This document shows, piece after piece, positions 52,507 to 64,000 of a stretch of 64,000 bases of DNA (position 1 is the stretch's first letter; each line of letters opens with the position of its first letter). Under the pieces are notes generated by a model. The model saw only the letters and a program-made list of their open reading frames with translations, searched no databases and was not told the DNA's origin. The stretch is from Eledone cirrhosa (taxonomy: Eukaryota). The DNA is taken from positions 14,384,001-14,448,000 of the forward strand of contig OZ024745.1 in NCBI GenBank assembly GCA_964016885.1. Reading direction: 5' to 3'. A program made the position numbers and the translations under genes.

Positions 52507-53383
52507 AGAAAGAGGTTGAGATTGTTCCCTTGGGTTTATTAAATCTCATAAAATTGAAGTGATGGGCAATTTATGTGCCCTCATATGTGTTTAAATGTGA
52601 CCCAAGTAGGTAGGTAATGTGCAGTTTATTTCAGGTTCCTTATCACAGTTTCTATTGAACTATTCTGTAAATATCATATATGTATTCTTATAAGTTCAAT
52701 AATCCATATTTCAGTATCAATCGACTAGAAAGCCAATGCACGAAGAGCATACTACATATTCATTTTCTAATGGTGCGTGTAATTTGAATATGGAGAGTAA
52801 AATAAATAAGTTAAATTTCAAGAAGCTGCAAAATATTTTCCTTCGAGCATTAAAGATTGAAAAGGAATATTTATTGATTTCATCGATTTGTATATGTCGA
52901 TGAAATATTGAAATATTGATTGCTATACTTGCTGAGCGAAATGAAGTTAAAAAGTAAATCCAAACTTTTTGTATTTGTATGACGTTTTAGATTTCACATT
53001 CTGTTTTCTTATTTTCCCCTTCAAACCCATCTGTTTCATGCTGCAGAATACACATTCTAAACTTTTAAAAGAGATCTCGAGAAAGAAACTCTTAGTCACT
53101 GGGATAGTTTTACAGCTATAACATATACACATACATTTATCCAATGTATCTAATGAGATAGGTGTGTTTACGTCTTGGAACCGCTGTTGATGCAGAAATA
53201 AGTTAAACTGGCCCATCTACCATTCGGATTTCTCACCGATTAACCACGGACTATCTACAGACTACTACCTTTGCTCTTTCCCAATGAAGGATCAATGGCT
53301 AATACGTTGAAACATTCATTTTCCTTTCCCAACAAGCGTGAAACTAATAAAAGTTTGTGTAATTGCCTCGCTGTATTTGTCTT

Positions 53384-53477
<94 letters not shown>

Positions 53478-53673
53478 ATATATATCTATATCTATATCTA
53501 TCTATATATATATATATAAGTAAGATGTATGGTAGGTCGTATGTGAATCGCGATGATCACGTCTGACCTACCAAATATGTGACGGTAGCTAGTTAAGCTC
53601 TATGCGTATACGCAGAGCAGAAATATTAGTGAAAAAGAACAAAGGAACTATTATGACATTATAACAAGTTTAT

Positions 53674-53720
53674 TGCCGACAGCCGTTTCGTCCGACCATA
53701 TGGTGGGACTTTTCAAGGCA
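53674..53720 (-). ncRNA. type I hammerhead ribozyme, U3-A8 core variant
   Basis: TGCC-TTGAAAA-GTCCcACC-ATAT-GGTcGGAC-GAAAC-GGCT-GTC-GGCA-ATAAA. Confidence 0.8.
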
Positions 53721-56211
53721 TATAACATGTGATTGTAAGATCATTATTTACATCAACGTATCACTCAAGGCTAGCAGTTTGAAATTGTGGTATACATCAG
53801 CAGCTCCGCTTGTATAGTTGGGGTCTATATTCTAAGGGGGCTCTTTTATATTAGTTGTCGGGGTCAGGGATTGAAGGTTAAAAATTAGATAATATATAAT
53901 TTACGCATTAACAGTAAACTAAAGGACTTGGGATCCCGTAGAAGCACCTTAAAATATCCCTCAATAAGTGCATAAAGCTTACAGGCTCCAATAAACCTAA
54001 TAAACTAGAAGAAATTAAGAGGCTAATAAAATAAAAAATAAAAATATAAAGTTTCCCTAAAAAAATATAAAGTTTCCTATGAAATTCCTTCGAGAGAAAA
54101 AATTTTTTTCCGAAAGAAAAAAACTTTCTTCCCCCGAGATCATGTTTACAAATTTCAGAAAACTTACGAAGTTTTGATATTCCCTACTAAGTTGAAAGAA
54201 ACTAATCAATTAAAGGTTAATTCAAAGAGCCTTCTATAATTCTCTCAGAAAAGGCCCCTTTAATATTTTTAATAGGAACTCCGTCCGAGAGACCCTTCGA
54301 AGAATTAAAATTTTAGAGAGCCTTTAAGGATATATATAAAAACGAATTGAGGAAAATTATACATTAAAAGTTAAAAATTACGGTATTTGGGATATCCGAG
54401 GAATTTTCAAAGGGCTGCTTCAACAGATACAACTTAGGCATAATAGATACAATAATTTAAGTAATTTAAGTAATTTAATTAGGGAGCAATTCAAAGAGTT
54501 TATCAAGTTGGGCAAGATTAAAGAAAGTGGTAAATAAGAAAATACATAAGCAAAAAGACAATAATTATAAAATGTATTTTTAAGAAGGTATAAGGTAGCT
54601 TCAGTAATCTAACAATGTATTATCACAAAAAATTATTATAAAATTATTGATACAGGATTAACAAAGACATAATAATATATTCCTGCCTAATTAACAAGTA
54701 ATCAAACCACTATTAACAGTCAGGCAAAATTAGCTCAGGGATATCCCGCGCTCGGATACTTTACACACATACAGCAACACATAGGATTAGCACAGACATA
54801 ATGATATATTCCTGCCTAATTAACAAACAATCGATTAACAATTGATGGTCAAGAAAATGTACTCAGGGATATCCCGCGCACGGATATTTACATACATACA
54901 ACAGGATGAACAGTACTGGTGACCGTGTGGGCGCGATATCCATTATGCGTATGTAGTCATCTGCACAGCTCCAGGCACAGCTGGTCTTGTTTAAAAGTTC
55001 ATAGTTCACGGATCAACTGGGATTCACTATCAGCTGCGTGGACACTCTGGGAGATGTACCTGTGGATCTAATAGCTAGTGGTTGCTGGGTGTGGTCCGTT
55101 CGATCTTTTAGTTTCAGGGATTGCACGCTTTCGCGATAGACCAGCCTGCCGGTTCTAAGTCCAAGGTCTCGCTACATAGGATGTATTGGTCTACATACTA
55201 TATTGGTAAAAAAAACCAGTGTGGATTTGACTGGGGTGGTATATTACGAACTCCAAGCCCACACGCGACTGGTCAAAAGCGACGGGCTGTCCCCTCTTTG
55301 TTTGCTGTATGGGTCGGTTCCAGCTTAGATGGTGGTCGTGTTATCCATATTCCGTCAGCCCTGTATATTCAAGACAGATCAGGGTATATATTTGCGGGTA
55401 TGGTCCGGCGTCTACGTTATCCAGAGGGTCTCACTTGTGGTATTTTCAAGTTCGCATGTCATCTCCCGGTTAAGACTGCGCATGCTTCGGTGAATCTCAT
55501 GCATGGAATCTTGGGGTATCATATTACACGGGGTGACTAGCAGAAAATATATATTCTATGCTATCGCGCACGCGCTGGCCTGTGGCTACGACCGTGTCCA
55601 GTCTCGGGTAGTAGCAGACAGCAGGTAGACCAGCTAGACACACCCCTGTTCAAGGGGCACAACCTCTAACTTATCGAGTGGTCAGACTTCAAGGGAGTCA
55701 ACTCTCCAAGCCCATTAAGTCGACTGTGGTAAAATACAAAAAATTCCTATTAGTAAAGAACTAATCACTGATAATAAAGAACTAACTCAAAAGACGTGAG
55801 TGGGGGAGAATGGGGAGGGGCATCTATTTGGACGGGGGTTTACTAAGGGAGGGGGTGGTAGGTGGGTGGTTATAGGCAGGGAGCGGCCGTCATATTGGGT
55901 GTTTTGTTACTGTTTCCCTGGGCATGTTCTCGAGTTTGTTGACATACATCTCCGACGGCACCTTCCCAGATTAGTCAACGTGGGTCCAGGCACTCACAAT
56001 GTCCTACATCGCAGGCATCAGCGGCCCCCAGGGTGCCCAGCAACAATGTTGCCACCAATCCCAGGTTGGCAAGTGGGACACAGGGTCGTCTGTTCCTCAC
56101 CAGAGTCCGCATCGCCAATCGGGGAGCCGAGGCATCTATGCGGCCGGGGTTACTAAAGAGCGCCCTGTTCGCCAGCGGGGCTGCCAAGCGTAGGACTGGG
56201 TGGTGTCAGGG

Positions 56212-56688
56212 CTATGTGTCTGGTCTGAAGAAAAAGAAAGAGCTAAGTATAGTATGGGGGCAGGACGAGAAGATTTCTGATCTCCTGTTGAGCAAGTTGA
56301 GTCCTGAGAATACTATGGCATGAGATTCAGATAGGCACAGGCTACAAAACCTGCTCAACGAGCTATATGGAGGAGTTTTAGTAAGGCATCTCCAGCTTAG
56401 TGTGTAGGGGGTTTTTGTTTGTTTTAAGTTATGTATATGCCCCGCTAACGACGTGGTATTTTTAAGCTTCTCATATCGGAAGCTATGCTGGTGGGCGTTG
56501 AACCTCGTCTTGAACTCGTTAGCGGTTGATCCAACATACGTCTTAGTATACGTGCCTGTGGTTACGTTACAAGCATATACCACGTTCCTAATAAGGCAGT
56601 GTCCAGCTAGTGGGCATTTGTCCTTCCTTCTGCAATTACACTTTTTAATAGGGTCATGCTCCTCAATCAGGGGTGCATGTCCCTCCAA
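56212..56688 (-). pseudogene. Naiad-type GIY-YIG endonuclease fragment
   Basis: CNCRRKDKCPLAGHC, NVVY..TYVG, FKTRFNAHQHSF, CSLCLSE, LNRRSE..CPH. Confidence 0.9.
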
Positions 56689-56759
56689 GCAGCTGCGGGC
56701 TGCCTAGTGGGACCGGTTCTATTGCCTATTATCCCCCTGGGTCTTTCACTCAGTGGGTT

Positions 56760-57216
56760 GGTCCCGTGCATACTCTAACTTATCTAGGTCTAGTGTGGCA
56801 TCTAGAAAGTTGACTACCTTACTATTTCTATCCATAGTTATTGATAGGTTAAAATTCTTGAAGAATTTATATAGGTCCTTTCTAGTTCTTTCTAGGTTGT
56901 GCCGTTTAAAGTCCACAGTAAGCAATGCGTCGTCACGGTATAGCCCACCTCTGAGGTGTGGGAGCTGCTCGTTGAGCTCCTTGAGCAAGTACAATCCGAC
57001 GAGGTCTGTCACCTGCGCTGAGTCGCTAGACCCCATAGTGATGTCGAAATTGTTACGAGTGTTCTTGCGCGTCGACAATTCATCCTCAAATGTGATAATT
57101 GTTTTACGAGCGGCAAGGACTATGTCAATCTGGGATCTAGTGAGTCCGCCCGTCCGCATTGCCATCATGAACGCCTTATTTAGTAGTATGGGGGATATAG
57201 ACGTATAGTAGGAGTC
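56760..57216 (-). pseudogene. PLE reverse transcriptase core fragment
   Basis: DSYYTSIS, FDITMGSSDSAQVTDLVG, GLYRDDAL, VNFLDATLDL. The thumb domain is missing. Confidence 0.9.
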
Positions 57217-57227
57217 TATATATATAT

Positions 57228-57990
<763 letters not shown>

Positions 57991-58066
57991 ATATATATAT
58001 ATAGAGGTAGAACACTGGAAGGTAATATCCGTAGTGGTAGAACACTCACTCCATGGGACGAGTTTG

Positions 58067-58139
58067 GTAGAAGTAGTAACACAACAGTTAGTTCACCAAC
58101 AATTGTTCTCGGCATGGTGAACTAACTGTTGTGTTACTA

Positions 58140-58142
<3 letters not shown>
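58067..58142. repeat. hairpin with about 30-bp arms, next to (TA)n
   Basis: AAGTAGTAACACAACAGTTAGTTCACCA...TGGTGAACTAACTGTTGTGTTACTACTT. Confidence 0.8.
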
Positions 58143-58210
<68 letters not shown>

Positions 58211-61200
58211 AATATAATATAAGATCAAAAGATGGTTAAAAGAGTTCCAAGTATTTTATTATGCGCATTTCAAACTCACCTCCTACATATATATATATAT
58301 GTATGTATATTCTTTTATTCTTTTACCTGCTCATGCCATACGGCTGAGGCTATGTATACATATATGGAATATAATGTTTATTCTATATATTCAAATAAAT
58401 AATTTCATATACAAGCCTCTTGTCTGAATGGATATAATGCTAGCAAGTTCAGTTCAACAATAGATGTATTATTAGGAAAAGAAAGATGTATGTGGTAGTT
58501 GTGTCTTCTTTTTGATGTAGTTTAGAATGTGTAAGTGTCTGTGTATGTGCGTGCGTGTGTGTTTGGCTTTGTCAGCAACGTAACAGATATGTGTGTGCAG
58601 CAAAAGTACCGTCTCAAATATATCAGTAGGCTTAGGTGACATGTGTAGAGTATCAGCAAATTGTTAGGAATCACAGGCATGCATAAATAATACAGTCACG
58701 TGTTTGAAATCGTCAGAAGCTGTGAAAGCAATGATTTATAGCAACTTGGTTAAAAGTGTGTTGTTCATGTGTAGAAAGGTTGATATAGAAAGGAGATTGT
58801 TTCCGCGATATGTTCAGTGATTGTATTAGATAAAAGACTAGATTAGCATTGCCAGACATAAGGATATTTTGAGGTGTCTGATCATAACACTAGTCAGAAT
58901 GATGCTCGTATAAAATTTAAGATATATTTTAAAGATATTCTAATGAATCTCGTTAAAACTTACGTATTTTGCATAACCGCAGGGAAGTAGAAAAAAAAAT
59001 AGCAACAGATTTTTACAATGACACCTTCATTCATAGATGGAATGCAATAAAGCCTTCGTGTCGTGTCTGGTTATTAAAAGAAAATGCTTCAAGTGATAAT
59101 ATGGAACGGAAGATTGTTGTAAAATCACGAATTTATAAAAACAAATGTGGTAAGATATATCCTGAAACGAAAATTGTATTTAAATGCTAAGTCTGACGTT
59201 TTCAGAAAAATGTACCACCCAAACACCTCGTCCATACATCTAAAAACATCCACACGTAGGTGTGTATATCTGTATATAGTGCCTATTTGCAGTGTGGAGT
59301 AGAACTTATACACACTGGTAGAAAATGTTGGCACTATTGGCTAAAAAAAGTGTTGGGTATGAAAATATCGAGTCTCAAAAAAAAAATAAAAAGTTAAATC
59401 AAAAGCAAAAAGTATAGAAAGGGACAACAAAAACTCGAAGCTTCTGAAATCTGGCGAGTAACGTATTTTAACTGAGGCAGTGAAATTATATCAGTGACTT
59501 TTTGTCACGTAATACTATTCAGTACTAATAAAAAAAATAACAAAAAAGAAAATATTACAGCTTTTGTCTTCTAAAATGGCGACATTGACTCTTCCATGGC
59601 TGAATTATAATATAATTATAATAAATATATTAATTTTTCTTTAATTAATAAATGAAGAAATAATATTTCAATCAAGCAGTTATTTTGAAGACTTAACTTC
59701 TTCAAACTTTTATCAGTTGAGATATTTTCAGTATGCATTGAATGCGGCTCAAAGATTAGCATATCTTTCAATGTGAAACAGCATATTGTAAAGCACTCCT
59801 TCGTACTTTCGGGCAGATGTTAACAAAGGCCTCCTATACCAATCCGACGTTACTCTATGACTTTGCTTCACGTAAAATTAATTGAAGGAATGTGATGTGT
59901 AAAAGCCACCAAGCATTAATTAAGATGTTTAATTAAACGAATGAAGGAAACACAATATAAAAAAATTTAAACAGAAAAGAAATTAAATTTACAATTTCAC
60001 ATCATGGAGAAAATAAAATTCAGTTTTATTTTACCTGTTGATTTTTTTTCAGGACTGTCAAACTGTCATTTGATTTGATCGCATATTTATTCAGTATTCG
60101 GAACGCAGTATAAAAATTTGTAAATTTAACTTAAATTAGTTTTAAATCTCTCTTATTTTCTGTAGCTATAAAGCAGATCTGACAACTGAGAACCAAAGAA
60201 ATTTAAATATGTTAACGAAATTTGTTATTAGCGAAAAGTTTGCATTGAACTCTATCATAGCTCAATCTCTCTCTCTCTTTATCTGATACCAGTGTCTATA
60301 TATTTCTGTCTCCATTTCTCTTAATCTCCGCACACACAGATGAATACACATGTACCTATATATAGACACACATGCACACACATATCGACAAATACTGGCT
60401 GCAAGAAATATGAAGTCGATAGTTTGTTGAGCTGCGAGTTGAACGTACTTTGATTTATGTTGTCTCAGCATTGTGTATTGTCCATGACAAATATTCTTAA
60501 CTTTCTCTTGTCTACTTCACCTAACATTAAGCAGTGGACCAGAGAAAATATATAAAAAGATAACAATAAGATTTAAATACGATTAAATATATTGGATCAA
60601 AGCCTGAAGGAGCTTATCTTGAGAAAGAACGTAATTACGTATGACCTCCATCTCTGGGGGAACAATAATCTGCCTTTAAACAAATGATGTTCAAGATCTT
60701 CACTCAGTTATTTTCTTGGCACAACGGCCACACACAGAAACACGCAAACACACAAACACACACTCATACACATACACACATACACATACACACATACACA
60801 TTCACATACATGCACTCACACACTGCTATACCACACACACACACACAGTCACACAGGCACAGATAAACACACACAGACTGCACTCACACGCACACAAAGT
60901 GTCGTATATGAGCTGATGTAAGAAGTGTTTACGGACTAGTTATATGTAATTCGTCATTCCTAGAAAAGTTTACCTGCGACAAAAGAGTTACTTTGCCAGT
61001 TGTCACAGATGGAGTAACAATACTCTTTTGTTATATAGTTCCAATAGGAAATTGATGTTGGCAGAGGCTATGAGTGGAAACGTCTGACTTAGGGTCGAAA
61101 TGGTGTAATGAATAACCCTGCAGCATATTTCCTCGAACCAATTTCAAAAAGATTAGATCGATATAAAGCCAATCTCTTTATATTTACAGTATTTCTATTA

Positions 61201-61357
61201 TTTCATGTCTCAGATCATAGCAATAAGCGTTTAGTGTCCTTTTGTCAAAAGAGAATGCCGTAAAAAGTTAGTATTGATGGTGCGAACATTCAAAAAGTAG
61301 TATTTTCGTGAGAATATAAAGAGTTAATGAGACATACACTGACATCTCACACCACGA

Positions 61358-61422
61358 GTTGTTGTAGCTGTTGTTGTAGCTGTTGTTGTAGCTGTTGTTG
61401 TAGCTGTTGTTGTAGCTGTTGT
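61358..61422. repeat. 12-bp tandem repeat (GTTGTTGTAGCT)x5
   Basis: Read directly. Confidence 0.9.
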
Positions 61423-61509
61423 GTGCCACAAAGTCATTTCTGATATATATATATATAGAACTAGTTGTGGAAACGGTAAGAACTCAGCTGTCGGACTCCA
61501 ACTCTTTCT

Positions 61510-61559
<50 letters not shown>

Positions 61560-61904
61560 GTTAGTTAGGTGTGTAACTATAGTTACAGGCGGCGTTCGAA
61601 GCATTCAATGCTGTTACGTGGTCCGTCTCTTGTTGGGTTGTATAAAGAGTAGGTCTATAGTTATTCGTTTTCCTACTCCCCTCTTAAAACCACATTCAAA
61701 ATCTATATAAAGCATCCAGGGATCTCTGTCAACAGTTTAGATGTTTATTTGCATATACAAACTCGCATATCTGAGGAGATGTTGAAGAAGATAGGGCGCC
61801 GGTCATTATGACTGTACACTTAGCTGATCGATGTAGCAACAATTGTAATATGGCTATACTTCTATATAATATGCAACACTAACTTCGATTCTACTTTTCT
61901 ACTT

Positions 61905-61965
<61 letters not shown>

Positions 61966-62089
61966 GAAAAGAGTCAGGACCCCGACGGCTGAGCTCCGGC
62001 CGTTTCGACAGCTATCTCTGAACCGGAACCATAGTATCGAGTACTCTGGTGCGTTAAGGTCCACCTGGTTCGCTACCACACTTCCTTCG

Positions 62090-62142
<53 letters not shown>

Positions 62143-62439
62143 ACTTGGTAGTTATTTATTTGCAGATACTCAATTTTCAAATCCTACCAATTATTCAGGC
62201 TGTGTAACTACTAAAGAAACATTTGTAAACACTCGGAATAAATTACCTTTTTATGATGTCTACCTGTTTTATTAATCATTCTTTATCTACACTCCGGAAT
62301 ATAGAAGAATTAGAAACCGAGTTTCTTTAACTGGTCTTCCGTAACTCGTTGAGTAACCCCTCACCGTACGTCGACTCTAACTAGTGTAGTAATTAACCAT
62401 TACTGCATTTAGGATAATCCTAAGCAATTCTCGTATAAC

Positions 62440-62510
<71 letters not shown>

Positions 62511-62837
62511 CGGCGATGAATTAGTTTTGCGAGGTTTTTGATATGAAATCGTTTGTCGAAATAAACAGTGAGTGTGTTCTGTTATGAATTTTGGCAATAT
62601 TATACAAAAATGACCCTCCCCAAGTATAACAATATATATATATGTATATGCTCTAACTGCTCGCAGAATATGAGAATAACTTTTAAAAAATATTTGATAA
62701 GATTGAAATACCAAAGGAAACCGGTAATATTTAAGAAAATATAAATCCACTTAATGTAATAATTACAAAATCATTCTTTCTGTCGGATTAAAAATAATCT
62801 TTTAATATAATTTTGCGGTTTTTTACTTTAACGTTTT

Positions 62838-62889
<52 letters not shown>

Positions 62890-63042
62890 TTTTAATATAG
62901 ATGAGATTCTACAGGACTAGAACTGTTTCATTCTTTAGACTGATGATTTCTAAAGAATGAAACTTCTAGTCCTTTTATACTCTGCTATGTATTGAGTACC
63001 TTACTTACTGTGGTTACCTCCGATTCAACCCGGAATAACTTA

Positions 63043-63136
<94 letters not shown>

Positions 63137-63174
63137 CATATATATATGAGTGTGTGTGTATGTATGTATGTATG

Positions 63175-63236
<62 letters not shown>

Positions 63237-63239
<3 letters not shown>

Positions 63240-64000
63240 TAGCAACAGTACCCAGCGTTGCCTGGGTAGGCAAAATAATATCTGGTTTGGTGAAAAGGTG
63301 TTGATCTTAGCGACTGCTTCTCGATGACTCATCTATGGCCACACTCAGGCCATGCGGTGGAGGGTGGTGATGATCTCTATCACTGAGAAACGCGGGTAAC
63401 TGACGAAGGAGCATGCTGGGGGAGGGAGTTTCGAATTTGAACGAAATCGGTTGAAAAATGTGGGAGCTAGAGCCGAAAAGGCGGAAATTTGAGCGAAAAG
63501 GTGGTATTTTCGAATATTTAAGCGGCTGCCAAGCCGTTCCTGAACAACAAATCCAAAATGTAAAGCCACTATATGACGTGAAATAATCAGATCTAGCGTA
63601 GTGTAAAATTTGAACAAAGTAGGTTGATTAATGTGGGAGCTAAATCCGAAAAAGTTGAAATTTGGGTTTAAAAGTATTATTTTTGAATATTTAAGCGGCT
63701 GCCACGCCGTCCCTGAACAACAAATAAAATATAAAGCTATTACAGGATGTGCAATGATAAATTCTATTTTGCTTTAAAATTTGAACGAAATCGGTGGCAA
63801 AATATGGGAGCTAGAGCCAAAAATCTTATTTTTCGATACCTTAAAAAAAGGTGACCCCCTGTCGATTTTTATTTGCAGAGTGAATAAAAAAAAATGATAC
63901 GCTGATATATAGAAAACACTCCCCGACGACTAATCTATGAGCCTGTAAAGTTTCAAGAAAATCGGTAGTAAGATGTAGGCCCCTATAGGTAATACACAGA
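63237..64000 (+). mobile_element. Helentron-associated (HINE/DINE-1-like) non-autonomous element with internal tandem repeats; runs off the window
   Basis: Terminal ACTAGC..ACCCAGCGTTGCCTGGGT hairpin. Repeats of about 172 bp (AATTTGAAC.AA..GTGGGAGCTA at 63434, 63607, 63778). AAGTTTCA..AATCGG core near the end. Confidence 0.65.

Larger units (their letters stand above)
53520..57216 (-). mobile_element. 5'-truncated, internally deleted Naiad-type PLE with a putative 3'UTR of about 2.6 kb ending in a HHR
   Basis: RT and GIY-YIG fragments, no intervening microsatellite down to 53520, same-strand HHR + AATAAA at 53668-53720, (TA)n at both ends. Confidence 0.7.

Noticed and set aside
53200-53290. 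Mariner-like remnant (..LSTDYYL..)
   Set aside because: Too short and degenerate, and no TIRs were found.
56700-56760. TGA after the RT fragment as a selenocysteine codon (some Naiad PLEs encode selenoproteins)
   Set aside because: The TGA lies at a deletion junction, read-through is out of frame with the GIY-YIG ORF, the conserved Cys positions in all three Naiad fragments are normal Cys codons, and no SECIS was recognised.
58500-59330. Very old minus-strand LINE RT remnant (similar hints at 6800-7210 and 28480-29100)
   Set aside because: Only isolated motif-like words. Cannot be supported without a profile search.
60972-61120. AG/GT-bounded minus-strand segment with an internal hairpin (exon or pre-miRNA)
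   Set aside because: Stop codons in all three frames, and the hairpin pairing is irregular.

Overview
AT-rich animal genomic DNA, dense in microsatellites. The SINE families resemble those of octopus/cephalopods, but this is an inference from memory and was not searched. No host protein-coding gene can be supported. Almost all recognisable content is retroelement-derived and splits into two groups defined by microsatellite target. (1) At (TA)n tracts: many Penelope-like element (PLE) pieces, including Naiad-type GIY-YIG/RT fragments and numerous short non-coding units. These carry type I hammerhead ribozyme (HHR) motifs: about 13 with a complete core plus about 14 variant, decayed or half motifs. 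They are often arranged as long fold-back palindromes and share a GAGTRC motif near their 3' ends. (2) At (ATT)n/(AAT)n tracts: a 15-kb stack of alternating full-length Tx1/L1-clade LINEs (+) and 5'-truncated R4/Dong-clade RLE LINEs (-), plus a tRNA-derived SINE whose 3' end and ATT target resemble those of the Tx1 element. Also present are a decayed CR1-group LINE, a GGT-based minisatellite and a Helentron/DINE-1-like element at the right edge. All RNA structures were folded by eye.
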